From Camelus ferus (lineage: Eukaryota): a stretch of 64,000 bases of DNA. Below, piece after piece: positions 51,768 to 64,000 of the stretch. The notes beneath the pieces are model-generated. The model ran no database searches. It was not told the origin of the DNA and saw only the letters and a program-made list of their open reading frames with translations. The DNA is taken from positions 30,692,001 through 30,756,000 of the forward strand of contig NC_045697.1 of the NCBI RefSeq assembly GCF_009834535.1, written 5' to 3'. The stretch's first letter is position 1; every line of letters begins with the position of its first letter. A program made the translations under genes and the position numbers.

Positions 51768-51988
51768 AAGGATGACAAACCTTTCCTGTAAAGGGACAGG
51801 TGGTAAATATTTCAGGGTTTGAGGGTGGTACACTCTCTGCTGCAATTACTCAGGTCTGTTGTTGCAGCATGCAAATAGCCAAAGACAATCTGTAAACAAA
51901 TGGACGGAGCTGTGTTCCAATAAAACTTCATTTACAAAAGTAGGTGGTGGGTGACTGCGGTTCTTGTGCTGGTGTCTGCAGACACCTG
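51768..51988 (-). mobile_element. hAT-Charlie MITE, MER58A-like (preceded by a MER5-like remnant at ~51620-51760)
   Basis: ctgtaaagggacaggtggtaaatattt...gctgtgttccaataaaacttcatttacaaaa; reverse homolog of 19457-19675. Confidence 0.8.
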
Positions 51989-52229
51989 AGGCAGAATACT
52001 TCTGAGCAGCCTGTCCCTGCACCGGGCTCCATCCTGACTGATTACCCTTGATATTTCCTTGGTCAACTCCTGCCCTTCTTTCTTAGCCTGGCCTTTGGTC
52101 CTCTGGTCCTAGTTCTCTCTCCCATCCCAAATTACAGACAAAGCCTCTTAATTGTAATACAGGACTACCCCCCAGAGAGAAACACTGGCCTCCCCAAATA
52201 ATCGCATTACTGTATGCTATATCCTATCT

Positions 52230-52500
52230 TAAAAGTAAGCACAAAATTTTCTGTGAGTACAAAAGATAAACACAGGAAGTAAGTATTTTCTTAGTCTGGG
52301 TGGCTCAAAAAAAACCCCATCCAACATGAGTTAACATTTGACCTTAAATCCTAAATGAAGAATTAAGAGTTAGCGAAGCACTCGGGAGAGGTGGGGAGGG
52401 ATGGGGGAAGAAATTCCAAACAGAGGAAATCACATGTGCAAAGACAGAGGTATGTGAAAGCATATTGTGTTTGAGAAGTTGCCATTTAGTCAATATGGAA
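52230..52500 (-). mobile_element. L2 fragment
   Basis: acatttgaccttaaatcctaaatgaagaatt...aattccaaacagaggaaatcacatgtgcaaagac. Confidence 0.6.
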
Positions 52501-55500
52501 CCAATAAAATGAAGCGCGGTGTGCGGTGATTTAAACACTACTAATTTAATAGGGTTGTTCTGAGGATGAAATTGGATCAGTCATCCCAAACTTTGAGTAG
52601 TAAGCTGGGAAACTGATGAGCCCGGAGAAGCCAGCAGGGAATGGAAATTGAAAGGACTGTTTCACGTTGAGTATTCCAAAGGCAAAGGGCATCTGGGGAA
52701 GAATCTTAGAAGGGGAGCGACAGGATCAGATATACGTTGCAGAAAGTTGACTGGTGGCTGACTGGGGGTGGACTGGAAGGAATGGAGGGTGCAAGAGCAG
52801 CCAAGAGGCTGCGGCAGCCATCACCCTCTTTAGCTTTAGAATATGCTGGCCCTGGTGGCCCCGGGATTCTCAGGGTCATTCCACAGCGCTGGCTGTCATA
52901 GGCTGCCGGACTCCCCTCTGTTCCGCCTTCCACTGGCATCTTCACTCTTGTGCTTCTCAGCATCTGTTTGTCCACAACCCGGGGGTTTGATTTAGAAGGA
53001 GAGAATCTCGTACCTCTTCCTGTTCAGTTTAAGCCAGGTTAGAGCACACTAAGATCAGAGCACCAAATCTGGAATGGCTCACTGGCCTGCTTCTGGAGAA
53101 ACCACGCAACCCGTTAATTTTCCCAAGGCCAAGAAATATGCTTTAACTTGGTTAGTTTTCGAACCACAGAAATCACATTTGAACTCTCACACAGCCAAAG
53201 GCTTGCCAGATAAGGTCAGAATTCATACACCCAGCTGAAAAGAATCAGGATTCGAGAGGCAGTTGGGTGTAGCCTGCAAAAACAACACATCCATCTTATC
53301 TGAGTCAGAAGACAGCAATACCCAGGGTGGGAGTCTACGGCAAAGCATTTGTAATAAGGGATCTATCCGCCAGGAAGGAGAAGCATGTGATCAGAGATCC
53401 AAGGGCACATTAAGCACTTTCAACAAGACCCAAAAGGGTGCACCAAGGCTGCCTCGTTCCCTAAGCAGACAGGTCCTGCACATGCGATGCCGCCCAACCC
53501 CAAGTGCAGATCTCATGATTACTCAACTACACACGCAGTTACATTTTATTTCTCAAGTCGCCAACATTTTGCATACATTCCTGCTTTCTTCTAAACCATG
53601 CTGGCAGAATAACATATGGATTATTAACTCGGGATTTGGAATTAAGACAGAACTGGGATTTGAATCCCTGCTGCGCCAATGACTGAATCTGATCCTTCAG
53701 CAAAAAACTTAACTTACCTAAGAATTTCTACATCAGCAAGATAAGGCTATTAATCTGGATGTAGTAAGGTAGGAAAAAAACGTTGAGTACCTACCCAAGA
53801 CATAGGTACTGTCCAGATTTTTTTGTATGACACATTTGCTTTGCAAGTATTAATAAATTATATACATTGAAAAATGCAAAAACAAATTGTAAAAAGGGTG
53901 AGATAAAACAGAGGTAGAAACTGAAGTTATATCATTTTCTTGCTCACTCCAGCAGTTCATTTTGTGTACCTCACTTTTGAGGCCCTTGAACTAAACTATC
54001 ACTAACTGCTCAGGGTAGGGAGCAGAGGACTTGGAGCTTAGTAAAAATGCTCAAAAAGTGGCAGGTCTTCTCAGTAGAGAAGCTGACAGACTGCAAATGT
54101 TCTTAAAGCAAACAGTAAAACAGGAAACTACTGGAATTTGAAAACCACGAAATCACCAGTACATCATGTAAATTTTCATCTAGTACATTTCAGTTTTTAG
54201 TACAAATGAAAAGTGATATTGGCAGCTACTAAGAATAGAAATGGGTAGTTTTATCTGAAAAAGCGTTCAGTTCTAATACAGAAGTGACTGTGCATTTGGC
54301 AGTCATAAATGTTCAAGAAAGTCCTGTTTTTCATTAAGTTTTATATTTCTCTAGGAATTCTCTAGACCGCTCGCTGCCACATGTTGTGAAGGGTGCTGGA
54401 CCGCTGTTAGTCACACCGAGCATGATGGTTGATCTATATTATGCCACATCCAGGAAGTCTTTAAAAAATCCCGGAAATGAAGGAATCAGAAATAAGGTTA
54501 AAAAATAAAGATCACTACCTCACTGTCCTATCTCAGTGCCTGTCACAGGCCCAGGGCACTAGGCCATGTCGGGAATGGCATTTTCCCAGGTACCAGTTCA
54601 CTGCCTTACCTCCCAGCACTGAAGCGAAGATGGGTTTTCCCAGCCTCCTCCCCTGCTGCATCCCCAGAGCCCACTGCAGAGCCTGACAGGTGCTCAGGCC
54701 AACGCTGTTGAATCTTTCCAGCCCAGTGCTTCTCACAGTCAAATGTTAAATCATGTGCAAGAAAGGGTTTTAAAATGACTGAGTCTAAATTTCTGACGAA
54801 TGCCTTTTTAAAAATCATTAGCTATTTTTTGTAACACATCCTTAAAGTAATCCTCAGTGACACGTATCTGAAATCGATGTCCACAAGGTACAGAGAGCAT
54901 GACTCATATGGGTGACAGCAGGCAGGCTTCGTTAAGCCAGCGCTGCACAAATTCAGCCTCTGAATAAATCATCTGATTGATTGATTCATTTATTCATTGA
55001 GTATGTTTTCAGCGATTAACACAGGCCACGCGGGCAGGCCTTGGAGACTTAGAAGAGCGTATGATGAAAACGGTCCCTGCTCTCAGGAAGCTTCAGTCCA
55101 GCGGAGGGTATATGTTAGCTGTGAATTACAAAATGTGTATACATGAAACATAACAAAAGGGATATAAAGGAGAGCCAGATGCTGCCAAAATTACAGCTTT
55201 CTGATTGTTCTTAAGCTCAAACGTGATCCTCTCTGACCTGTAATTTATTAAAAAAATTTTTTTAATAGATAAAAGTATTGGGTAAGTTTTCATTTTTTAA
55301 AAAGCACATTTTGCAATCTATGCCTCATAATAAGAAGAGAAGAACAATTTTATCACCAGGGAAATACTGCTTTGATCACTGCCCAATCTAGACAGGTACC
55401 ATATCTCTCTATATTCTGTAATGCTCAAGATAATTTGCTTTTATTAACATCAGAAGTGATTAAAAGGTAATTTATGCAATGCTAAAGACATAATTGTGTT

Positions 55501-56967
55501 TTCCTATTGAGGCAAATAAATATAAAAATTTTTCAAAAGCTCTATTTACCAGGAAGGCATACCTTTATATTTCACACCATGGTTTAATTATAAAATCTTC
55601 CCTGATAAGTAAGATCAGAGCCCTCTGCACCACTAATTTACAAAGGAACCCAGCGGCAAAAAAATTTGTGTCTTAAAAATAAATAGAAAGTGGCAGATCA
55701 AAGAAGGTGAGAAATTTCAGAGAAACTACTGCTAATGAAGGATAAAGCTTCATACTTATTCTGTTACTTATTTGCAGCTTTTTCCTGCTCAAATACAAAT
55801 CAATAAATTCTTAATTTAAAAAATAAACCTCATATTTAAAAAACATAGATCAACAGTGAAAGCGGTTTCCTTGTCTAAAATTGCAGGTCCAAACACACTG
55901 TCTTTCAAAAGAACGAGGTTACAGGTAAGACAGGGCAAGTGTCTTGTCTGTATGGATGAGACAACTGTAACTTCTCTCAAGTGGTGACAAAGAGAGACGA
56001 GGAGGTGTCACTGTCCACACAGCCCAAGAGAGGCTACAATTCTCCGTCTCAAAACAGGTCAAGACACCTCAAGTACCTAATGTGATTCTTATTTTAACTT
56101 CTGCATTTTAACTACGTGAGCCTTCTCATTCCTGAATGACTTGGGCTTTCTGGTAATAAATGTCACCTTGACCTTTATTTACTAACAGAAAAAAGATGTT
56201 TCAGGAACATCCTGACACAACTCATAGCATTAAAATTAATTTTTTTTAAATCTTTAAAGGTTTATTTACCATCTGAATGCAAGTGTTTGGAGCCCACACT
56301 GTACCTCCTTGTAGCGGAGATGTTGAAGGTATTTTACAGATGGATGTAAAAGTCCTACCTCCTCTCATTTGACTGTCCCTAGGGATAACCCTATCCGGAG
56401 CACTTTTTTCAAACCTTCCGCGTCCTCTCTCCTTCAGTGTGCCCTGGAGGTGAAGGGAGGGCATTCTAGTCTCAGACGTGCTGGGTCAAGCAGCAAAGCA
56501 CTACACCAAGGGACAGATGTCATTATCTTCTTGGATGTTCTTGGCCTATTTGGGTATTTTTTTCAGCTTAGGCTAGGAGTTACAGCCCCCAGAGGAACAG
56601 GGCTTTACCTAAATTTCCAAAACTGAATGACTTGTTTGAACAAACACTGGAGGGATAAGACAGAGAGTAGGGTTTAAAAGTACAGCCTTAATCGTATTAT
56701 AAAATGTTCACTTATTTTATAACATATTAAGAATATATTATTTTCAGAAAAAGCTCTACAAATCTTTCACATCTTGAATGTCTCTAATGTAGTGCTACTG
56801 TTAACATGTCAATGGCACTTTGCATCATTAATTCAAATATGTGTCCAGAAATACCTTGTATGTGACCACAAGGATGTTCGGAACTTTCGTTGAAAGGGGA
56901 GGGAAGATATCTATACTAATTTTGAGAAGCATGTTTTCCAAAAATTTCACACACAGGTGGAATATTG

Positions 56968-57178
56968 TCTAGTTTTTCAAATTGCTCCGTGGAGCCCCAG
57001 GGTCCTCAGAGGTTCCTCATGGACCATGAGAGGGCAAGGCAGGGTTGGAGGGGAGAGTCCAGTAGGGGCTTCTCCCTACCCTTCCACTGTTAACCAGAGC
57101 AGCTCTGCTTTTTTATATTTTCTATATATATATATATAGAAAAAATATTTAGGCAATATTAAGTTTGGAAAATGGGTT
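56968..57178 (+). mobile_element. hAT-Charlie MITE (MER103-like)
   Basis: tttttcaaattgctccgtggagccccaggg...aaccagagcagctctgctttt...aagtttggaaaa. Confidence 0.55.
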
Positions 57179-59284
57179 TTACTCTGAAAACCTCTCTCAC
57201 AGTCTGAGTCACTATCTTACACGGTTAAGACCAACAGCTATATAAAAATAGATCCCAATCACATAAGAAACAGATTATGTAATAAACAACGCTCACTTAG
57301 CGTGGTCAAGAAAGAAGGCAAAATGGATAAGCCCAGGACTATGACAGCAGAATTTAAAGCCAGGGTGACACACCTGCAGAATCTGCGCTCTGACACGTTG
57401 ACACCTGCCTCACTAGGATGCGTGAGAACCGTCAGCCCCAACTCCTCCTGCACACTAACCCCAGCTGATCTCAACAAAGAGTGGAAGCTCAGACCAAGGG
57501 GGAAGAGATCTCACACTGGCTCCAGACATATTAAAACCCTACAGTCCTTAAATGATCAGGGTTGGGAAGATCTTTTTCAGAAAAGCAGCTTTTAGTTGCG
57601 GAGACCCCCTCCTTGTCACTGTGCCTTATTCTTTTTCTTTAAAGAGGTCCCTTCTCTCTAACTGGTAAAATGGTATTTTGAGGCTCCTTTCAAAAGCTAC
57701 CACCTCTCCAAAGCTTCCTTCGGACCAAGTTTGCGGGTCACTCCTCCGGGTTTCCTGCAGGAGCTGGTTCAGACCACGAGACTCAGAGGGCCACGGCCAA
57801 GTGTTCCTTACTAGGTTGTGCATCGCTGATATCTCGCATCTATTAACCACCTAGTGAAAGCTAATTAAGTTAATAACTGGAAGAAGCTATAGTTTCAGAA
57901 GTAGGGATGGACACAGAAAAACCAGACGTTATTTGGAACAAGCTGGCTGAACAGGGGAACCAATCTCTTCACTTTCCTGATTTTTCAATAAAAGAGAGCA
58001 TGGCTTATCACAAAGTGCAGAGGAATTAGCTACAAATTCTGTTTTCCATTTATTTTAGGTAAAGAGGCAGTTGTAAGGGAGGCTTCTGTATCTGTAAACT
58101 AAAAATATACATATACATGTAATGGATTTCCCCAGGCAATTTAAATTTCAGTGCGACTCACGATCGCCATCTGCTGATGAAAGGATGAACATCTGTTTTA
58201 GTTAAGAGACAGACGTCAAAATTAGTTACAGGTATCACACGCACGTACACACACCAACTGCTAAACTTATAAAATCGAACCTATAAACTCTAGGATAGTC
58301 AGTAAAAATGTTTGGTACGTTAAACATTCAACTCTGGGAGCTGCTATAGTGCGCTTCAAGTAGAAACAAAATTTAATGGTTAGAATCCATTTTAAAATAT
58401 TTTTATTGTCAGCTATTATACATTAATTCTATCATTGCCACAGGGTAAATGCTAGAATTAATATTCTATTATTATTATATTCAGGCTGTGTATGAAAGGA
58501 GACAGGAGAAAAAGAGTCATTCTCTAACAGGGAAATTTTTGTTTTAGACTTCTCAAAAATGTAGGAAAAGCCAAAGATTAAAAATCAGTACCATCGGAGC
58601 TTCAGAACAACATGTAACTTTGGTTGGAGATTCTGAGAGAGATTATGATCATGGCCTCATAAATAAAATGTCATTTTATTTTACCACACAGTACCCCCAA
58701 GGCATAATCATATATACGTTATGTTAGAAAAGAGAGAAATTCAGTGAGCTGACTGTGCACATTTCAAATTGCTGGTGGCGGGGGCGGGGGCGGGGTGGTT
58801 ATCAAGCTGGAAGGTTCCACCCACGCTATGCCAAGCCTTCTGAGCAATCAGCAGGATGCAAAAATAAGTTCACATGTAAGGGAGGGATGAGAAACACACC
58901 AGCCTCTAAAGTGATCTCAGTCTACTGAGGAGACAGGAGCACAGGGTCTATGGTCACATGTGGCAACTGCACTGCAGAGAAAAGCCCCTACAGCCGGAGG
59001 AGGTACCACATGGTGGGGAGGCATGTGGGGAGAGGACAGAGGACAAAGCCCAGGGGGGCAGCAGTGGTGCGGCTAGCACTCACAACAGGAAGCACCCAGA
59101 AGGACACCGAGAGAGAGAGGAAGAAGGGAAAACACAGCAGCCTTTACTCCCTGAAGGCAAGATCAAGTACGCTGCAGCTCACAGGCAAGCCTGATTCTCT
59201 GTCTTAAAGGCACGAGGAGAGTTGAAGGAATTATATAACTAGGAAGTCATTTAATGGAAAATTAAAGGTTAGAATAAACACACC

Positions 59285-59525
59285 TGAGTGGCTAACAGCG
59301 TGAACTCTGGAGCCAGAGGGAGAACTTTGGCTCACCCTCTTATGAGCTGAGCCATCTCAGCCAAATTACTCAACCTCTCTGGTGCCTTGGTTTCTTCATC
59401 TGTACGGTTGGGATGATTAACAGTACTTACCTCAAAAGGATGCTGTGAAGATTAAATTGGTTAATAGACTCAAAGGTGCAAACAGCATCTGGCACACGGT
59501 AAGTACAATGTAAAAATGTTTGCTC
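59285..59525 (+). mobile_element. MIR, near full length
   Basis: actctggagccaga...ttactcaacctctct...tttcttcatctgta...gtacttacctca...tggcacacggtaagt. Confidence 0.8.
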
Positions 59526-60123
59526 CTCTTGATTCAGGAAGCAAGATTTCTCGCTGCTTGTGCAGCATCAGTCATAGGGTATCCATCACTTTTTGGCGGA
59601 AGAGCCTTGGTTTCTTTATCAGTAAAATGAGGATATTTATATTTGTGGCAGAAATAATGTATCTAAGTGAACAATGACTGGCCAGGTATAAGCCCTGGAT
59701 TGTCCACTTATATATTCTTTATTATGGGCTACAGAGTAACACAAGCTGTGTACCTCTCATATTGTTTTGTATGACATATTATACACCTTTATTGCTATAA
59801 GTACGCATGCATGCTTGTGTGTGGGGACGGGGCACGCCTATCCTCAACGATGCAGAGGCAGTGGAAGACGCTGATAAGGACACTGCTAGACTAGCCCAAC
59901 TTTGATCTGTTACTGCAATGAGACTGAAGACCTATACGGAGTAATTCCAGAGACTTTCCAGCAAAAATTTTAACCAGTATTAAGATTTTTCAATGCTTAG
60001 ATTGGAGGAGATTCAACAGTTTGTAGCGTGTCAAGATATTTTGATTTTTATTTTACTGGCTTGTGAGTTCAGAATGAAGTTCTCTGGGAACCAACTTTCT
60101 GTAGGGGCCAGTCTTCCACGTAC

Positions 60124-60263
60124 CTTTTCGATTAACTCGTAGCTCTCTTCCAGTTTCAGCAGCCTGTTCTGCACAGATGTGGACGCGCGCTGGTAGACTG
60201 CTCGCCACTCCTGAAAGTCGCTCTCTGAAATCTCAGCCACGGCGAAACACAGAGTTCTCAACC
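60124..60263 (-). CDS. ATP8A1: ATP8A1 exon, 140 nt: (G)LRTLCFAVAEISESDFQEWRAVYQRASTSVQNRLLKLEESYELIEK
   Basis: Acceptor ttttccag|GG, donor AAG|gtacgt; lies within ORF 60031..60282; phases match both neighbours. Confidence 0.97.
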
Positions 60264-60419
60264 CTGGAAAAAGGGGGCACACGTGCCCCCCACAACATTA
60301 AGTTCAGGCTTTATTCAGAAGTCTGACACTTCTATTTTCATTTAACAAAGTCTCATTTTGAAAACGCTAATTCAATTTAAGCCTAGAGAAACTTTTCTCA
60401 AATCCTATCTTATCAGGTT

Positions 60420-60860
60420 ACTTCTTTGCTTGAAATCTTTCAACCGTTCCCCAGGATGAAATCCAAACCCCAAAGTCTGGCTCAAGTCACCACACAGCAA
60501 CTGCTTTCAACCTCATCCTCTGCCATTCACTTCTCACAGAAGGGTCTTTGCACAAACTGGTCACCTTTTCTCCATTCCACCCTCTCCTGCTCCCCCTCTG
60601 CTGGCTGCCTCGCATCTACTTTAAGACTCAGTTCTTCAGATCATCTGTTTGAAGCATCCTCTTCTCACCCAGACCCTACAGGCGAAGTCCTCAACACTGC
60701 CAAGGTGGGAATGACCATGTTTCATATTGTTTTTTCCTGTGATCTCTCATATTAGCTTGAAGATCCTGGAGGGCAGGGTCCCTGAGTTCTTCATACCTGT
60801 AACTCCAGTACTGAGCACAGTGACTGGCTCTTAATAGTGGCTTCACAGATGCTTGTGAAG
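60420..60860 (+). mobile_element. Degraded L2 3' end
   Basis: caggatgaaatccaaacccc...tcctggagggcaggg...ctccagtactgagcacagtgactggc. Confidence 0.6.
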
Positions 60861-62504
60861 GAAGAGAGGAAGTCCAGTGGGGTCTACCGGGAGAGCCACC
60901 TTCCTCTTACTGGGATATGTGGTTGCATTTATTACTGCACTTTTACTACTGTGAATTTATGGTAAAAAGAGTCTAAAGAATTGAGGGATAGTAACAAAAA
61001 AGACATCCATGAGAAACACCCTGGGAAAACCATCCAAACTGATGTTAGAAGTGACCTGCTTCCAGGGCTCAGTGCCTGTCGGTTTTATAACTCACTTGTA
61101 GGCTGCCCTCTGCCAGACAAAAGTTGATGGGCTGGAAACAAGGGTGAGGCAAGAGCGCTGGCCAGCCATGATAAACACAGTTAACTAAGTTTCCAAGAGG
61201 ACGATGTCCTCGCTCAAGGTCCCACAGCCCTCAGGATAACTGGCTGCTAGTGACCTGGGACCAGGTCAGAAAAGGGGGCGAAGAACACAGGACATAAAGG
61301 GCCAGAGAACTCCACCTTCCAGGAAAGGAGTAGGGTTGTCTCCTGCCAGATCACTGCGAGTAGAGCTTAAATCTCTGGGGCCTTATCAGGACATGTTTTC
61401 CTCTTCTGGAAACTTGGCTGGAGACTCGCTCTGGAGTAGACATGGAGTACACGTGCCGATCCACCTCAGGCCAGAGAGAACGGGGTGGAGGCGGAGGCCC
61501 AGCCCAGTGGGATCTGTCTGGGAACTGAAGCATCTTTATCATCACAACCAGAGAGGAGGACTGGGCTCCCCTCATTCTCCTCTGCCTCAAAAAAAGGAAC
61601 CTGTGCTGTTTGCTGGGGAGGCAGCGGTACCTGCCAAGTCCAGGCGGAGTCACGCCTCACCTGCGTCTGAATTCTGTAAACACGGGGTCTCCGTGCTCTT
61701 TCATTTTGGGAGGAGAAATGGAAGAAGGCTCTTCATGTCCCCGCTTTTCAAAGCCTAGTGCTTTTAAAAAAACATTCCTATCTTTTTGCAGCTTGGATTA
61801 AGAGGGAAAGGATTTGATCAGAGGTCAGGTGTGGTGCCTCCGGCAACTGTTCGGCAGAAGCAGAAAGAGTGAAAACTTAGGTGGGAGGTTCCGATACAGC
61901 ACTGGCCACTTTTGTTCAGTTTGGAGACAAGGCTGTAAATTCCTGTAGTAACTACCCTAACGTGTAACAACCCTCACTTCCTTTCATCCCATCCAGATCA
62001 ACTCCCTAGACTGTATTTCAGTGGGACGGAGACCACGCATGTTTACCATGGGTTCTCAGGCCTCACACAGAACCTGGCATGTGGTAGGGGCTTAACAAAA
62101 GATCTTGAGCTGAAACTAAGTCGAATAATGATCTTAACAGTTATAGAGGTTTATTTATTTCTTCTCCTCTTACTCAGATTAGAATATCCAGTTATTTGAC
62201 TCATGTTTCTTTCTTTCTACATTGCTTGAGATATTAAATATTTAAATAGTATCCATTCTAAAAAGCAAATCTATGGGCTCTACACCCCCAAAACGTGGGG
62301 ACCATGTGTCTCAAGATTTTAATACAGGGAAACAAAATAAAAACAATGGGTGGGAACAGCATGTAACAGGATCTAAATTATCAACATTTATTGTTAAATC
62401 TTACTTTAGGGAACTCTAAGTAAAATAATAATGATCCTGTAAGATATTAGTAGCATATGATTTCTTTTTATTCTAATCATGCTTTAATGCCATATTAAAC
62501 TCAC

Positions 62505-62589
62505 CTTCTGTAGCAAACTGCTCTAAATGTTTTAGGGTAATTTCTTTGTATTTTGAAGTCTCTGCCAGTCGGTCATAAATCACAGTGTC
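62505..62589 (-). CDS. ATP8A1: ATP8A1 exon, 85 nt: DTVIYDRLAETSKYKEITLKHLEQFATE(G), N domain
   Basis: Acceptor ttttccag|GAC, donor GAAG|gtgagt; 28 codons + 1 nt. Not in the ORF track, translated by hand. Confidence 0.96.
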
Positions 62590-64000
62590 CTGGAAAACAA
62601 ACAGAAGGTATAATACACTTAAACGAAGCATTCTGAGTCTAATAAAATTGATGTTGGCAACATTATTAGCAGCAAATGAGTATTTAAAAAAAAATCACTT
62701 TTAGCATTAGTGTGAAAGCACAAAATATTTTTCCCTAATAACAGTTTCCCTTACGACACTAAGCAATAAGGTTCTAGTCTTGTATTTTCATCTTTCTCCT
62801 TTCAGAATAAATTTGAAGTTACTCCACTAATACTCTGTCAATACCTCACTTAGCTCTGATGTGCTGTAAGATTACTCCTGACCCCCGAAGATTCTGCAGG
62901 ACCCTGCAGTGTTCAGAGGTGTCACGAGGAGACATGGTGCAGCACTCAAACCGTATGGGAAATGCTGGGCTGAACAAAGTTAAAGAGCTCGCCTTGCTGC
63001 AATACTTCTCAGAGCCTTCAAAATGCTCACGTGCACGGAGGCTCTGAGGGACAGCGTGCTATGTGCCCCACACTCACTCACTACTGGAGCTTTCAGGGGT
63101 TGGGGCAGCTTGGCGGGACTGATGCTAACAAAATAACAAGCTCTGAGCAAACACAGCTCCAAATCCACAGAGTGGCCTGGTGGGCAGAGCGGAGAGCATC
63201 TTGCACCAAGCACAGCCTTACAGTTGAATATTTCTGACTGTGTCATTTTAGCTTCAAGACTCAATTTACTTAGTCTGTAAAATTAAATGACTGGATTATC
63301 TTTCAAGTCCCTTTCAGCTTTAACTTTACGCATCACGGTGCTTCTCTAGTTGCTGCCCCTTTATAAACTGCCTGTTGTTCCTTTGGCTGTTCTGTGGCTC
63401 CAGTTTAATGTTTTAAGAATTTTAGCATTTGGCCTTCATGGTTTTATTAGAGCAGGAAAAAATAAATCATTTACCTGCAATTACTTCCTCAGTGGTATTA
63501 CCCATTTTGGGGTCCCCAGTCTGGGCTGAGATTTGGAAGCAGACAAATGGAGTATGATTTAGAACCCTTGAGAGAAAAAGAACTTTGTGACCTCAGAACA
63601 GATGGAATATTCCAGGCCCCAATTATGAATTTCTTTTCATTTTTCAGTGGTGGAATGGGAAGGGGGGGCAAAGCAAAAGGAAATGATAATTTCCCCTCAT
63701 GGTTCCTTTCTGAGAATGAAAGGTGTAACTTACAAACTATTTTTTTCCGGAGGCTAATGAAATTTTCAATGAAGTTAAAACAGGCCCTTTTAAAACTAAC
63801 AAAATCTTAAAAAAAAAATTAAAGTCACAAAAACAAAAGTGGTAAGTAATAAGGCTAGGGAGATTAAATTCAGCAGTTTGGTTAAGCATTCTAGTGGAAG
63901 AAGTCTGATGCTCAGACTAGAGGAATTCTCAACCTCTGTAGTATTGCCAAAAGCAGGGGACAGAAAACACCTCCTGCCTGAATTGTATAGTATGTTTTCA

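Larger units (their letters stand above)
1..64000 (-). other. ATP8A1: Internal part of the ATP8A1 gene (P4-type ATPase, aminophospholipid flippase): 9 exons and their introns
   Basis: Nine GT-AG exons join in phase into 365 codons nearly identical to the mammalian ATP8A1 I remember. P-type/P4 motifs include [47 protein letters not shown] and FYKN. Confidence 0.96.

Noticed and set aside
57118..57143. 26-bp palindrome ttttc(ta)8gaaaa
   Set aside because: Most of its symmetry comes from the self-complementary TA repeat.
1..64000. CRISPR arrays, prokaryotic operons or defence systems, intact retroelement ORFs, snoRNA or miRNA genes
   Set aside because: The DNA is mammalian intron/exon sequence with no repeat-spacer array and no ORF over 145 aa. 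I recognised no ncRNA, though an Infernal/Rfam scan is needed to exclude one.

Overview
This is mammalian genomic DNA lying wholly inside one gene: the P4-ATPase phospholipid flippase ATP8A1, on the minus strand. Nine internal coding exons (85, 140, 139, 65, 173, 184, 111, 75 and 123 nt) all have GT-AG boundaries. They splice in phase into 1095 nt, or 365 uninterrupted codons, from DTVIYDRLAE to NALDFNTK. That stretch covers the end of the N domain, the P domain (TGDK, CCR, GDGAND) and TM5-TM6. Neither gene end is in the window. The rest is intron containing interspersed repeats: three tRNA-derived Vic-1-like SINEs (pointing to a camelid), young and ancient L1 pieces, L2, MIR, an ERV1-type solo LTR, a MaLR LTR, hAT/Tigger MITEs and microsatellites. 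Almost all ORFs in the six-frame track are spurious. I see no evidence of a new biological system. The most notable oddities are small: GC-rich hairpins beside two splice sites, a gene-body CpG cluster, a perfect 28-bp palindrome, a possible SINE dimer, a gene-sense solo LTR, a nested repeat stack and a candidate CTCF site. Gene and repeat family names come from remembered sequences, not database searches, and old-repeat boundaries are approximate.
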